Shown here piece by piece: positions 16,562 to 26,811 of a DNA stretch of 64,000 nt. Each line of letters begins with the position of its first letter. Positions within the stretch are counted from its first letter, which is position 1. Source of the stretch: a virus; the IMG/VR virus record IMGVR_UViG_3300032116_000122, positions 1 to 64,000 of that record. One strand, written 5' to 3'. Below the pieces are notes generated by a model, which made no database searches, was not told the DNA's origin, and was given only the letters and a program-made list of their open reading frames with translations. The translations under genes and the position numbers were made by a program.

Positions 16562-17509
16562 ATGGCAGTTAGAATACAGATGCGACGTGGTACCACTCAA
16601 CAGTGGACTGACGCAGCAGGCACCACTAACGCTGTGTTGGCAGCTGGTGAGATTGGTGTAGACACTACATCAAAGCAACTAAAAGTTGGAGATGGTAGCA
16701 CTACATGGGCGTCCTTACCTTTTTTTAACTCAGGAACAATCACTGAGGTAATAGCTGGTACTGGGTTAACCGGTGGTGGAACTTCCGGGGTTGTTACACT
16801 CACTGTATCTACGTCCGGGTCTACTGGATTGATCACGCGAGGTACCCTAACAACCAAGGGCGACATCTTGGTTGCCTCAGCTGCAAACACACCAACAAAG
16901 TTGGCAGTTGGCACAGACGGTCAAATGTTAGCAGCTGATTCTTCTCAAGCTACTGGTTTAACTTGGGTTAACGGAGCAACAATTGCTGGATCGGAAACGC
17001 TAACAAACAAGACTTTAACAAGCCCCACTATTAACGGTGGCACAGTATCTACTGCCACGGTTACAAACCCAACTGTTACTACCGGTACATTTACATCGCC
17101 AACTTTAGTAACACCAATATTTACTGCCCCAATAGAATCATGGAACGTTGTTGGTTCAGCACCATCGTCTACCCAAAACATAGATGTTAAGACCTCATCT
17201 GCGTGGGTGTACACCAGCAACGCAACAACAAATACTGTACTCAACATACGAGGAAACGGCTCAACTACCCTTAACTCTATGCTCTCAAATAACCAAAGCA
17301 TTACAGTTGCGGTAGGTGTAACAAACGGGTCTACCCCGTATTACCCAACATCCATAACTATTGATGGCTCGGCAGTTACACCTAAATGGCAAGGCGGCAC
17401 AGCACCTACAGCTGGCAGCGCAAACAGCGTAGATATATACGCTTACACTATCATTAAAACCGCTACTAATACATACACGGTGTTTGCCTCACAGACTAAG
17501 TTTGCGTAA
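16562..17509 (+). CDS. Tail fibre with Mtd/hyaluronidase-type N-terminal domain
   Basis: RIQMRRGT..W...LAAGEIGVDT....KVGDG.TTWASLP. Confidence 0.8.
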   Translation: MAVRIQMRRGTTQQWTDAAGTTNAVLAAGEIGVDTTSKQLKVGDGSTTWASLPFFNSGTITEVIAGTGLTGGGTSGVVTLTVSTSGSTGLITRGTLTTKGDILVASAANTPTKLAVGTDGQMLAADSSQATGLTWVNGATIAGSETLTNKTLTSPTINGGTVSTATVTNPTVTTGTFTSPTLVTPIFTAPIESWNVVGSAPSSTQNIDVKTSSAWVYTSNATTNTVLNIRGNGSTTLNSMLSNNQSITVAVGVTNGSTPYYPTSITIDGSAVTPKWQGGTAPTAGSANSVDIYAYTIIKTATNTYTVFASQTKFA

Positions 17510-18936
17510 TGCCGTTAGTATCCACCTTTTCTTCTGGGTCTTCAAGATCCCTAGGTCTTGGCAGTGGTATCAGACCGGGCGCCCCAACAATAACGGGTAT
17601 TTCATACCTAAACGGTACTACCGGAGGTCGCCTAGAGGTGTCGTTTACTGCTGGTACGGTTGGCACAACTGCCACAACTGACTATCAGTACTCGTTAAAC
17701 AACGGTGCAACATGGACAACTCGATCTGGCACTGCGTCTCCAGTGGTCATCACTGGGCTAACAAATGGCACAAGCTACACAATAAGGCTACGTGCTGTTA
17801 ACTCAATTGGAGCCTCCGAACAATCCAACTCTACGGTTGGTCGCCCAATAGCTCTTCCTGGAGCACCATCAGTATCTGTGACGATGCACCCAACTGATCT
17901 TGGTAAGATCAACGTTGCTGTTACAGACGGAACTGCTGGTACAGACAGCCTAAACGGCACTACCCCGTACGAGTACAGTTTGAACTCTGGGTCAACCTGG
18001 ACAACTGTTTCATCTGCTAACTTTACAATCAGTGGATTAGCTAATGAAACTTCTTATACTGTAACCGTTAGAGCGATAACTACAAACAATGACAGGTCTA
18101 GTTCTGGGAGTGGAACTGGGTCTACTAGACCTGTTGCTCCCTACACAGCTAGACCCACAGCTACTAAGAATGGGTCGAGCTTTAACGTTACCTGGGGTGC
18201 TATCACTGACGTAGGTTCTGGTGTAGCCTCAGCTACAGTAATTCAAACGTTTATTGGGTCAAGCTCTGGGTATGTCAGTGGTAGCACCTACTCCATACCA
18301 TCTGGCTCATTTAGTGGTGGCACTGTAACTATGAGTGTTCCAAGTAACAGAAGAAACACACCTTCTGGTGAAACTTGGCAAGTTACATACCAAATATACG
18401 TTGTAGACAACGTGGGAACTACATTCACCAGTGAAGGTTCATTCTTTGAATGGACAAGACCACTTGGTACGTACAACATTGGTCTAACCGATGCTGATTC
18501 ATTTGGAACAAACTGGGCTAACCTTGCTGTGGCCGATGAGGCCGTCGTACGTAGGTCAACAACCTGGAGTTATGGTGCGTTTTTCTATGGGACACAACTA
18601 CCAGACACCTGCAAAGGGTTCGCTGCGGACAGCGGAACTATATTTGTAAAAAGAGCGGGGTCTACAGCTGCATTTAGAGGAAACACGGGCACATTCACAT
18701 TTAGAGTTCACGACAGAACTTCGGCTTCAGGGGCTGCGTCGTTTTCTGGAACTGAAGCAACAGCTTATCTATCAGGCGATAACGCATCAACGTATGTGTC
18801 AATGCCTAGTGATTGGTTGTCAGCATTCGCAAACAGTACAGCATATGGTGTTGCCCTAACTAACCACAGCAACCAACCAGGTGGGTTGCGTGGTTTATCT
18901 GATTTCTCAGGTCTAATTACACTAGTATTCAACTAA
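17509..18936 (+). CDS. Fibronectin type III domain virion protein
   Basis: YQYSLNNG.TW...ITGLTNGTSYTIRLRAVN, two copies. Confidence 0.8.
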   Translation: MPLVSTFSSGSSRSLGLGSGIRPGAPTITGISYLNGTTGGRLEVSFTAGTVGTTATTDYQYSLNNGATWTTRSGTASPVVITGLTNGTSYTIRLRAVNSIGASEQSNSTVGRPIALPGAPSVSVTMHPTDLGKINVAVTDGTAGTDSLNGTTPYEYSLNSGSTWTTVSSANFTISGLANETSYTVTVRAITTNNDRSSSGSGTGSTRPVAPYTARPTATKNGSSFNVTWGAITDVGSGVASATVIQTFIGSSSGYVSGSTYSIPSGSFSGGTVTMSVPSNRRNTPSGETWQVTYQIYVVDNVGTTFTSEGSFFEWTRPLGTYNIGLTDADSFGTNWANLAVADEAVVRRSTTWSYGAFFYGTQLPDTCKGFAADSGTIFVKRAGSTAAFRGNTGTFTFRVHDRTSASGAASFSGTEATAYLSGDNASTYVSMPSDWLSAFANSTAYGVALTNHSNQPGGLRGLSDFSGLITLVFN

Positions 18937-18946
18937 GGAGCACCTC

Positions 18947-19510
18947 ATGGCCAATGAGCCCATGGACCCGGAGACAAAACAGCGACTTGATGCTTTAAAG
19001 AAAAGAAAAAGACTAGGGACTGGTCTAGGAGAGATTCTTGAGCAAAGTGAGGCGTCTGAGGGTCTTGGTAAAACTTTGTTTGCAGACACTGGTAGTACTG
19101 CAGAGAGAGCCGCTAGCGGACCAGATGTAGTTGACGACAGTGAAACTGAGGAAGATCCAGACGCGGTATTAACCTTAGAATGGGATAAGTTAAACCCACA
19201 AATATTTACAATGGTTAATATTGTTGAAACCGATGTCTACTACCAGGGCCCTAACCGCAGCAGTAGAGTAAGGAGGTTTAACTTTTCTACAGAAGAACCT
19301 GTTACGATCAATAATCAAAAAGCTTTGGAAAATGGCACTCTTGAAGGATACGTAACTGTTGAGTTTATAAAAAGAGCTTACAATAAGCCGTCCAATAGAT
19401 GCAAATATGGTCCAATGCCCGTTAAAGATTTTATTGAGTTTAAAGAGTCGGTGAGCCTTGGGCAAGCTATAGTTGACGTACTTGAACCACACACTTTTGT
19501 ATACGTATGA
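18947..19510 (+). CDS. Hypothetical protein, possible C-terminal KTSC-like domain
   Basis: SSRV...VTVEF...KYGPMP...F.E..SLGQ.I pattern. Confidence 0.5.
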   Translation: MANEPMDPETKQRLDALKKRKRLGTGLGEILEQSEASEGLGKTLFADTGSTAERAASGPDVVDDSETEEDPDAVLTLEWDKLNPQIFTMVNIVETDVYYQGPNRSSRVRRFNFSTEEPVTINNQKALENGTLEGYVTVEFIKRAYNKPSNRCKYGPMPVKDFIEFKESVSLGQAIVDVLEPHTFVYV

Positions 19511-19525
19511 GAATAAGGTTAACAA

Positions 19526-19858
19526 ATGATACTAACTGTTGTATGTTTAACAATAATAAGCTTATCTCTATATTTCCTATTTAGAGACACGCTAAACAGA
19601 CTTCAATATATAGGCCCTATTTATTGGATAACACGTGATAACACGCCTAAAGGAACACCATTGTTGTCTATTGGGTTTATGCGTCAGACTAGCTTTCCTT
19701 GGAAAGTAGGTAAGGGTTTACAGGTGAGCATTAGTAGGTATTCTTTTCAATTTGGCATTTGTAAGAAATCAAAACATTCTGACGAAACTGAGGGTATCCT
19801 AGGCGCTCTAGGTGGCAGATACCTAGATACTTCAACGAGCGACATACGGGAGTGGTGA
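19526..19858 (+). CDS. Membrane-anchored hypothetical protein
   Basis: N-terminal TM; 110 aa. Confidence 0.7.
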   Translation: MILTVVCLTIISLSLYFLFRDTLNRLQYIGPIYWITRDNTPKGTPLLSIGFMRQTSFPWKVGKGLQVSISRYSFQFGICKKSKHSDETEGILGALGGRYLDTSTSDIREW

Positions 19859-20094
19859 TGTTTTTTAAACGAGAACAAAAGCCCCAGACACACAAAAAGT
19901 TAGCCCGGATTGAAAAAATGGATACTCCATCAATAGTTAATTGGATGGATATTACGATCATGAATCTTGGGCAAACATTTGACAGCTGGAGGTACAACGA
20001 CCTTCCAGAGGAAGAAGTTGCGCAGCATTTAGACATTATTAATGCTCTTTGGGATGAACTTTTGACTAGAAAAGCTAGTTTGAACAACAATTAG
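19858..20094 (+). CDS. Hypothetical protein
   Basis: TGATG coupling with upstream gene. Confidence 0.7.
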   Translation: MFFKREQKPQTHKKLARIEKMDTPSIVNWMDITIMNLGQTFDSWRYNDLPEEEVAQHLDIINALWDELLTRKASLNNN

Positions 20095-20123
20095 TGTATT
20101 ATTGAGCGTACAGGAGACAACTA

Positions 20124-20423
20124 ATGGTAAATTTAAACAGAAAAACAGACAAGGAAAATCCTCACCCTAACCGTAAAGCTTTGCTTCGCGGTAACGGGCA
20201 AGATCGTGAGTACCTGCATGAGTTGGTTAACAGCATTAACCACCTTGGTTACGACTTCGGTGCTGTGTCACCAATAATTTCTGGTGAACGGGAAGACTAC
20301 GGGTACTTAGTGAGCTTGCCAGATCTGTTTTATTTGATTGACAGAATTGCTGAATCCATTGGAATGCCAAAGAAACCACTAGATATTCCAAACCAAGGAA
20401 TACTCTATACAGAAGAAGTATAA
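20124..20423 (+). CDS. Hypothetical protein
   Basis: AGGAG RBS; 99 aa. Confidence 0.7.
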   Translation: MVNLNRKTDKENPHPNRKALLRGNGQDREYLHELVNSINHLGYDFGAVSPIISGEREDYGYLVSLPDLFYLIDRIAESIGMPKKPLDIPNQGILYTEEV

Positions 20424-20430
20424 TTAGTTT

Positions 20431-21990
20431 ATGCAACAAGTGGCAGAAGAAGGTTCGATACCAGAGGACATCGAGGCGATTGAGCTCGATGAAACATCCC
20501 AGGAATTCATTGATCAGTTAGTTATGAAACTCATCCTCTTTACAGAGGAATTTTGTAACGTAACGTTTTTCCCATACCAAATACCAATTGCGTATCGAAT
20601 GATTGAGTCAATTGTTATTGGTGACGGTGAAGAGATTACACTTGTTGCTACCCGCCAGTCTGGAAAATCAGAAGTACTATCAAACGTGCTCGCATCTATG
20701 ATGGTTATTCTTCCTAAGTTGTCAAAAGTCTATCCAACCTGGCTTGGAAAGTTTGATAAAGGATTCTGGTGTGGGGTGTTTGCTCCAGTAGAAGACCAGG
20801 CTGATACGGTATTTAGCCGTATTGTAAATAAACTTACTAGCGATCACGCTATGGATTTTCTCCTTGACCCAGAAATCGATGACAAAGCCACATCTGGTGG
20901 GTCTCGTGGTAAGGGAAGGATCATAAGCCTTAAGCATTCAGGGTCTTTGTGCCGTATGCAAACCTGTAACCCTAAGGCAAAGATTGAATCTAAAACCTAC
21001 CATTTTGTGCTAGTAGACGAGGCTCAGGAAGCCGACGAGTTTATGATCACTAAATCAATCAAACCCATGTTGGCGTTCAACAACGGGAGTATTGCCCTTA
21101 CTGGAACCGCAACTCGTAACAAATCCTATTTTTACAAAATGATCCAGTTCAACAAACGCCGTGATGTCAACTCTCGCCGTAATCACCGTCAGTGCCATTT
21201 TGAGTACGACTGGAAGACAGCCGCAAAGTACAATGACAACTACGCAAAATTCATATCTAAGGAAAAAATAAGAATCGGAGAAGATTCTGACGAGTTCCAA
21301 ATGTCCTATTGCAATAAATGGATTCTTGAAAAGGGAATGTTTGTTTCAGATGAACGTCTATCACGCATGTACGACCAGTCAATGGGCCTCGTAAAGCAGT
21401 GGTGGAGAACACCAGTTGTCGTTGGAATTGACGTAGCAAGATCTAATGACTCGACAGTAGTAACGGTTTGTTGGGTTGATTGGGATCATCCTGATGGCTT
21501 TGGGTTCTATGAACATAGAGTCCTAAACTGGTTGGAGATTAACAATGAAGAATGGGAATCCCAGTATTTTGAGATTATTGACTTTCTTCGCAATTATAAT
21601 GTGTACAGAATTGGTGTTGATGCCCAGGGTGTTGGCGGTGCTGTAGCAGAGCGGTTGCAAATTTTGCTTCCAAAAATTGAGGTCCTTGCTGTTACCTCAG
21701 ACGCCAAAAACCAAAATGAACGTTGGGTTCATCTAACTGAACTTATACAGCGTGACCAACTCATCATCCCTGGTCACTCAAAAGCACGTCGTACACGATC
21801 ATGGAAACGCTTTAATCAGCAAATGTCAGACCTAGAGAAGGTGTACAGAGGACCCTATTTATTGGCCTCAGCACCAGAAGAAAAGGGCGCTTTTGACGAC
21901 TACCCAGATTCCTTGGCTATCGCATGCGCTATGTCTGTCGCTGACACCATGCCAATGGTGACCGTATCTGAGAGTCCGTTTTTCAGATAA
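20431..21990 (+). CDS. terL: Terminase large subunit
   Basis: RQSGKS Walker A, VLVDEAQ Walker B, LTGT, VGIDVA, DDYPDS. Confidence 0.95.
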   Translation: MQQVAEEGSIPEDIEAIELDETSQEFIDQLVMKLILFTEEFCNVTFFPYQIPIAYRMIESIVIGDGEEITLVATRQSGKSEVLSNVLASMMVILPKLSKVYPTWLGKFDKGFWCGVFAPVEDQADTVFSRIVNKLTSDHAMDFLLDPEIDDKATSGGSRGKGRIISLKHSGSLCRMQTCNPKAKIESKTYHFVLVDEAQEADEFMITKSIKPMLAFNNGSIALTGTATRNKSYFYKMIQFNKRRDVNSRRNHRQCHFEYDWKTAAKYNDNYAKFISKEKIRIGEDSDEFQMSYCNKWILEKGMFVSDERLSRMYDQSMGLVKQWWRTPVVVGIDVARSNDSTVVTVCWVDWDHPDGFGFYEHRVLNWLEINNEEWESQYFEIIDFLRNYNVYRIGVDAQGVGGAVAERLQILLPKIEVLAVTSDAKNQNERWVHLTELIQRDQLIIPGHSKARRTRSWKRFNQQMSDLEKVYRGPYLLASAPEEKGAFDDYPDSLAIACAMSVADTMPMVTVSESPFFR

Positions 21991-22049
21991 GAGCATCAAA
22001 ACGTGGTAATCTACATATATACACGTCCATTCCAACAGGAGGATAACCT

Positions 22050-22451
22050 ATGGCTGTAGCCCCCGCCCCAATGTTCCCAGAAAAGGGTGACCCACAATTT
22101 GAGCGCTCACTTGCTCCCAGCATTCCCATGAACCGTGGTCCACTCCGCTTTGAGGAAGGCGTAGCAACTGACACCGACGTTCCCATGGACTTCAGCATTG
22201 GCGCCTACCAGGACACTGCTCCTTCGCCAATGCGGGTGAACCATAACAACCCCGAGATGTTCTACAAGTACCCTGAGGAGACCATGCGTGAGCGTGCTCA
22301 CGTTGGCTCAGCTACCTGGATTGAAGCCCCTGACCACCTCCAAGAGTTCGTCATGGGTTCAATGTCAGGCGACGGCATGCCTCAGTTTGAGTACTCCTAT
22401 AACACAGGTGGGCACATGAATCTTCCCAACAAGACGGTTGTTTCTGGCTGA
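22050..22451 (+). CDS. Probable virion protein
   Basis: AGGAGG RBS; high-expression codon bias; located in head gene block. Confidence 0.7.
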   Translation: MAVAPAPMFPEKGDPQFERSLAPSIPMNRGPLRFEEGVATDTDVPMDFSIGAYQDTAPSPMRVNHNNPEMFYKYPEETMRERAHVGSATWIEAPDHLQEFVMGSMSGDGMPQFEYSYNTGGHMNLPNKTVVSG

Positions 22452-22490
22452 GATCTGATACAGTAAGTGCTCCACCAAAAAGGAGCACTT

Positions 22491-22652
22491 ATGAATATCC
22501 TGCAGATTGCAGCAGCACTCAAATACCTTCAGCGTGTAACAGCTCGTGGAGTTGAAGAAGAGCAGGAACTCTACGCACTAATACAAGCACTTTCAAATGC
22601 GTTGCATAACGCAAAACCTGTGTATACTACGAGTGGCACAACTGCCGCATAA
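22491..22652 (+). CDS. Small hypothetical protein
   Basis: AAGGAG RBS sequestered in a 10-bp hairpin 22464-22491. Confidence 0.65.
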   Translation: MNILQIAAALKYLQRVTARGVEEEQELYALIQALSNALHNAKPVYTTSGTTAA

Positions 22653-22691
22653 ACACACTCTCAATCAGAGTGGTATCACAAGGAGTATTAG

Positions 22692-22967
22692 ATGTCAGAT
22701 TCCAACGGTCTTATCAAAGACTTAATGGAGCGTCACACGGGCTCTATGAAACAAAAGTGCTCGTACACGCGCATCAAAGAAAACCTTCCAGCTGATGAAG
22801 CTGGGGCTGTAGAAAACGCAGAAAAGGCAATAAAGACTGACTCTGGTAACGGTAGAGCAAAGATCTACTCTTGCACTTGGTTGTCTGAAATCCTAACCAA
22901 GAACGGTTACCCAGTTAGCTCAAGCACCATTTCTCGTCATATGAACGGGCGGTGTGGCTGTGAGTGA
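22692..22967 (+). CDS. Small HTH/zinc-binding protein
   Basis: LSEILTKNGYPVSSSTISRH..G.CGC. Confidence 0.7.
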   Translation: MSDSNGLIKDLMERHTGSMKQKCSYTRIKENLPADEAGAVENAEKAIKTDSGNGRAKIYSCTWLSEILTKNGYPVSSSTISRHMNGRCGCE

Positions 22968-23940
22968 TCTTGTTAAAGCGTTGACCGTTGCACCTGAATG
23001 GCCTGTAGTACAGCCAGGACCATCTGTACGAATGCCGAAACTGACGGCAAAAGCATCATCTAACAAAGATGGGTATGAAACCTGTGTGGTTCTACCAGAC
23101 ATGCAGATTGGTTACTTTAGAGCTCGTTCTGGTGAGCTAGAGCCAACACACGACGAAGAAGCAATCGATATTGCATTTTCGATAGTTAAGAATCTAAACC
23201 CAGATCTAGTGGTTTTGGTTGGAGATAACTTGGACTTTCCTGAATTTGGAAAGTACAGATTAAGCAGTGCGTATGCATTGACGACGCAAGCGTCCATAGA
23301 CCGGGCTACAGTACTTTGTGCTCAATTACGCACGGTTGCCCCAAACGCTAGAATAGTTTGGTTAGCTGGTAACCACGAAGAAAGATTGGTGAACTTTGTC
23401 CTCGACAATGCGAAAGCAGCATTCGGCATCAAGCGTGGTAACACCCCTGACTCTTGGCCTGTTCTGTCTATCCCTTATCTCTGCCGTTTCGATGATTATG
23501 GGGTGGATTATGTACCGGGCTATCCAGCGGGACAATTTTGGATCAACCAAAGACTCCGGGTCATCCACGGCACAAAAGTACGCAGTAACGGGTCTACAGC
23601 GCATGCCTACCTCAACACAGAGAAATCCTCTGTACTATACGGGCACATCCACCGCCGCGAATGGGCGGAGCGTTCACGCGACGATTTCGATGGACCCAAG
23701 ACTATCATGGCCGCATCCCCTGGTACGTTGGCAAGATGCGACGGGACCGTACCCTCCACTAAAGGGTCCATCGACTTGGATGGACGGCCAATGACCATTG
23801 TTGAAGATTGGCAACAGGGTATTGGTGTTGTGACTTACCAACCCGGTGAGGGAAACTTTTTCTACGAGCAAATACCGTTTCATAACGGAACAGCATTCTT
23901 TAGAGGGAAGTTTTACAATGCACAAAGCCAAAAAGTCTAA
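22954..23940 (+). CDS. Calcineurin-like metallophosphoesterase
   Basis: PDMQ, GDNLD, GNHE, HG, GHIHR. Confidence 0.9.
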   Translation: MAVSDLVKALTVAPEWPVVQPGPSVRMPKLTAKASSNKDGYETCVVLPDMQIGYFRARSGELEPTHDEEAIDIAFSIVKNLNPDLVVLVGDNLDFPEFGKYRLSSAYALTTQASIDRATVLCAQLRTVAPNARIVWLAGNHEERLVNFVLDNAKAAFGIKRGNTPDSWPVLSIPYLCRFDDYGVDYVPGYPAGQFWINQRLRVIHGTKVRSNGSTAHAYLNTEKSSVLYGHIHRREWAERSRDDFDGPKTIMAASPGTLARCDGTVPSTKGSIDLDGRPMTIVEDWQQGIGVVTYQPGEGNFFYEQIPFHNGTAFFRGKFYNAQSQKV

Positions 23941-24268
23941 GAAACCTACTATTCCAAAGCTTGCTTTAATTACATGGCTTGACGCCTTTGATGGCCCTAC
24001 TGGGTGGGTGGACCCCACAGAATACAAGCCCCACCCAGTTCGGCCAATCTCAATTGGTTGGGTAGTAGAAGACTTTTTGAAAGACCACATTACGTTAGTT
24101 GGTACGTGGTTAGCAGACCGTAACGAGTTAGATAGTAAGGTTTATTACAGCAATCCTTCTCATATCCCGTTAGGGATGGTACAATCAATAACATACATTG
24201 ACGTTCCAAGTTCTATAGAACAACTAATCATTAATGATCTAAACACCAGGGGATTTAATGCCGATTGA
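23918..24268 (+). CDS. Conserved phage hypothetical protein
   Basis: ITWLDA...GW...SIGW...IPLGMV. Confidence 0.75.
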   Translation: MHKAKKSKKPTIPKLALITWLDAFDGPTGWVDPTEYKPHPVRPISIGWVVEDFLKDHITLVGTWLADRNELDSKVYYSNPSHIPLGMVQSITYIDVPSSIEQLIINDLNTRGFNAD

Positions 24269-25952
24269 TTTCTGGTCACCGAGTTACAGAGCTTCTTCTA
24301 GTGACTTAACTGTTGCTATATCCCCTCTTGGTCTGGTTGAGCTTGCTGACGAAGAGTTTGAAGTACATGGACCTCGCTTAAACCGCTATAGTGCATGTTG
24401 GGCATGGTACCTTGGTCACCACTGGTCATATCGTCGTGAGCAGGGCGAACAAAACATCACCCTAAACTACACTAGAACTTTTGCCGATTACATTACAAAC
24501 TTTTGTTTTGGTAAGGGCGTTCAATGGAAAGTTCCAGAGCAAAACGCTGCAATTATTCCCCACCTACTCCACAAAGTTTGGGAAGTAGACAACTCTAAGC
24601 ACAACGTTCTATGGGAAATGGGGCAGCTTGCTGGAGTAACAGGTGACTGCTTTGTCAAGGTTGCTTACGAAGAACCCTTTATTGATCCTCTAGGGATTAT
24701 GAACGAAGGGCGAATCAGAGTAATCCCATTAAACCCTGCCCACTGCTTCCCTGAGTACCACCCACATGATCGTGATCGTCTTCTGAGGTTTAAGCTCAAG
24801 TATCGATTCTGGGGGACTTCTCCAGAAGGTACACGGCAGGTATACACCTTTACTGAAATCCTTACTGATGACAGTATTGAGCAATACATCAATGATGAAC
24901 TAGTGGATCAGTACCCTAACCCAATTGGCCGTGTGCCAGTAGTACATATTCCAAATATGACTATCTCGTCGTCACCTTGGGGTCAATCTGACATTTGGGA
25001 CATAATCCCACTTAACCGCGAACTAAACGAAAAGATGACCGAAATATCGGACATCATTAACTACCATGCTGCTCCCGTGACAATCATTATTGGTGCTAAG
25101 GCAAGCCAGCTAGAGCGTGGACCAAAGAAGGTTTGGGCTGGGTTGCCAAAGGATGCGTCAGTTACAAACCTAGAGTCACGTGGTGACATGGCTGGAGCTC
25201 TTCAATACATTCAGTTCCTAAAGCGTGTTATGCACGAAATAACTGGAGTACCAGAGACCGCCCTCGGCCAGTTCCAACCAGTGTCTAACACTTCTGGTGT
25301 AGCTTTGTCAATCCAATATCAGCCGTTGATGAATCGCTACAACATGAAGAGAATCCATTTTACAAAAGGTCTGGAAAAGATTAACGAAATAATAATCCGA
25401 ACTGCTGCAATTTTCCAACCTGAGCTTCTTATTTACGACCCCTCTAAAGCCGAAGCACCAGAGGGTGATCAATTGCCACAACTTGACCCATCTGATCCTT
25501 TGACATACAAGACTCAAATACACTGGCCAGAACCACTACCAGTTGATGTGCTTATTAAACTTAACGAAGCTCAGGCCAAGATGGCGATGGGGCTTGAGTC
25601 CAAAGAAGGCGCTATGCGTATGTTGGGTGAAGAGTTCCCACGTGAAAAACTTGCTGAGATATTTGAAGAATTGCGAGATGATGCTATTGATCAAGGAGCG
25701 CTTGACATGCTTCGCGCACAGATCAACCAAGCGGTCATGCTTGCCACAGGCTTGCTACCTGGCCCCGAGGGTACCAGCACGGTACCCGCTGGAGGTGCTA
25801 ATGTAACAAGTGCAGGTTCTCCTGCCCAACCTGGAGGTACCTTACCGGGAACCCAGGCGGTAGGCGGTCCTGTAGAAGGAATGGTAAACAATATAGTTGC
25901 AAAGGCATACGGAGCTAGGTTTGCCCAGCGTCGTGTTCCTGACGAAGAATAA
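24258..25952 (+). CDS. Portal protein (SPP1 gp6-like)
   Basis: GVTGDCFVK, NPIGRVPVVHIPN, WGQSDI, SGVAL; position. Confidence 0.9.
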   Translation: MPIDFWSPSYRASSSDLTVAISPLGLVELADEEFEVHGPRLNRYSACWAWYLGHHWSYRREQGEQNITLNYTRTFADYITNFCFGKGVQWKVPEQNAAIIPHLLHKVWEVDNSKHNVLWEMGQLAGVTGDCFVKVAYEEPFIDPLGIMNEGRIRVIPLNPAHCFPEYHPHDRDRLLRFKLKYRFWGTSPEGTRQVYTFTEILTDDSIEQYINDELVDQYPNPIGRVPVVHIPNMTISSSPWGQSDIWDIIPLNRELNEKMTEISDIINYHAAPVTIIIGAKASQLERGPKKVWAGLPKDASVTNLESRGDMAGALQYIQFLKRVMHEITGVPETALGQFQPVSNTSGVALSIQYQPLMNRYNMKRIHFTKGLEKINEIIIRTAAIFQPELLIYDPSKAEAPEGDQLPQLDPSDPLTYKTQIHWPEPLPVDVLIKLNEAQAKMAMGLESKEGAMRMLGEEFPREKLAEIFEELRDDAIDQGALDMLRAQINQAVMLATGLLPGPEGTSTVPAGGANVTSAGSPAQPGGTLPGTQAVGGPVEGMVNNIVAKAYGARFAQRRVPDEE

Positions 25953-26002
25953 ATAGTTGTTTTAAATCAGTCATTATCAGCCCAACTAAAAGAGGTTAAC
26001 TT

Positions 26003-26776
26003 ATGTCAAAGTTTGAAGATGGTATTCAGGTTCCCGTAGATCCGGAAGAAGCTCCGGCTCCAAAGGTTCAGGAAGAAAAGTACTTCTCTGAAGAGGACAT
26101 CCAAAAGGTGCGCCAGCAGGAGAAGGAGAAGATGTATAAGCGTCTAGAGGACGCTGATCATCGTGTCAAGTCAATGGAAGAGCAGTTAAACCTGCTTAGT
26201 AGCGAACGTGAAAAGGCCATTAAAGAGGCCGCAGATCGCGCTAAGAAGGAAGCTGAGCTCATTCGTCAACGTGAGCTTGAAGAGCTAAGTTCCAAGGAAC
26301 TCCTCATGAAGAAAGAGGACGAGTGGAACCAGCGAATCAACCAGGTCGAGAACGAATGGGGCCAGAAGTTTGCCGAGCTTGAAAAGCAGCGGCAGGCTCA
26401 GGATGCCATGCTTGAAAAGGAGCGCTATCTCCAGCAACTAGAGGCTTACCGCCAGAGACGTATTCAGGCGGAGTCAGAAACCATCATTCCAGAGCTGCGC
26501 GATCTTATTTCAGGTAATACTGAAGAGGAGATTGAACACAGCATTACCGTACTTCGTGATAGAAGTACTGCTATAATTGAATCAATCCAGCAAGCGAGTC
26601 CCCCTCGCTTGAAGGGGGCTCCGGTAACGGCTCCTCCGTCTGGGCCACTGGACAACCAAATGGAATACCAAACGGTTAGCGCGGAGGATATCCGCAATAT
26701 GCCGATGGATCAATATGTAAAAATGCGTGAAAAGTTACTGTCAGCAACACGGTCTCAGCAACGGGGCCGCTACTAA
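26003..26776 (+). CDS. Capsid scaffolding protein
   Basis: Charged coiled coil between portal and capsid; MPMDQYVKMR tail. Confidence 0.85.
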   Translation: MSKFEDGIQVPVDPEEAPAPKVQEEKYFSEEDIQKVRQQEKEKMYKRLEDADHRVKSMEEQLNLLSSEREKAIKEAADRAKKEAELIRQRELEELSSKELLMKKEDEWNQRINQVENEWGQKFAELEKQRQAQDAMLEKERYLQQLEAYRQRRIQAESETIIPELRDLISGNTEEEIEHSITVLRDRSTAIIESIQQASPPRLKGAPVTAPPSGPLDNQMEYQTVSAEDIRNMPMDQYVKMREKLLSATRSQQRGRY

Positions 26777-26811
26777 ACCCAAACTAACCCTATCCATCGG
26801 AGGATATTAAC

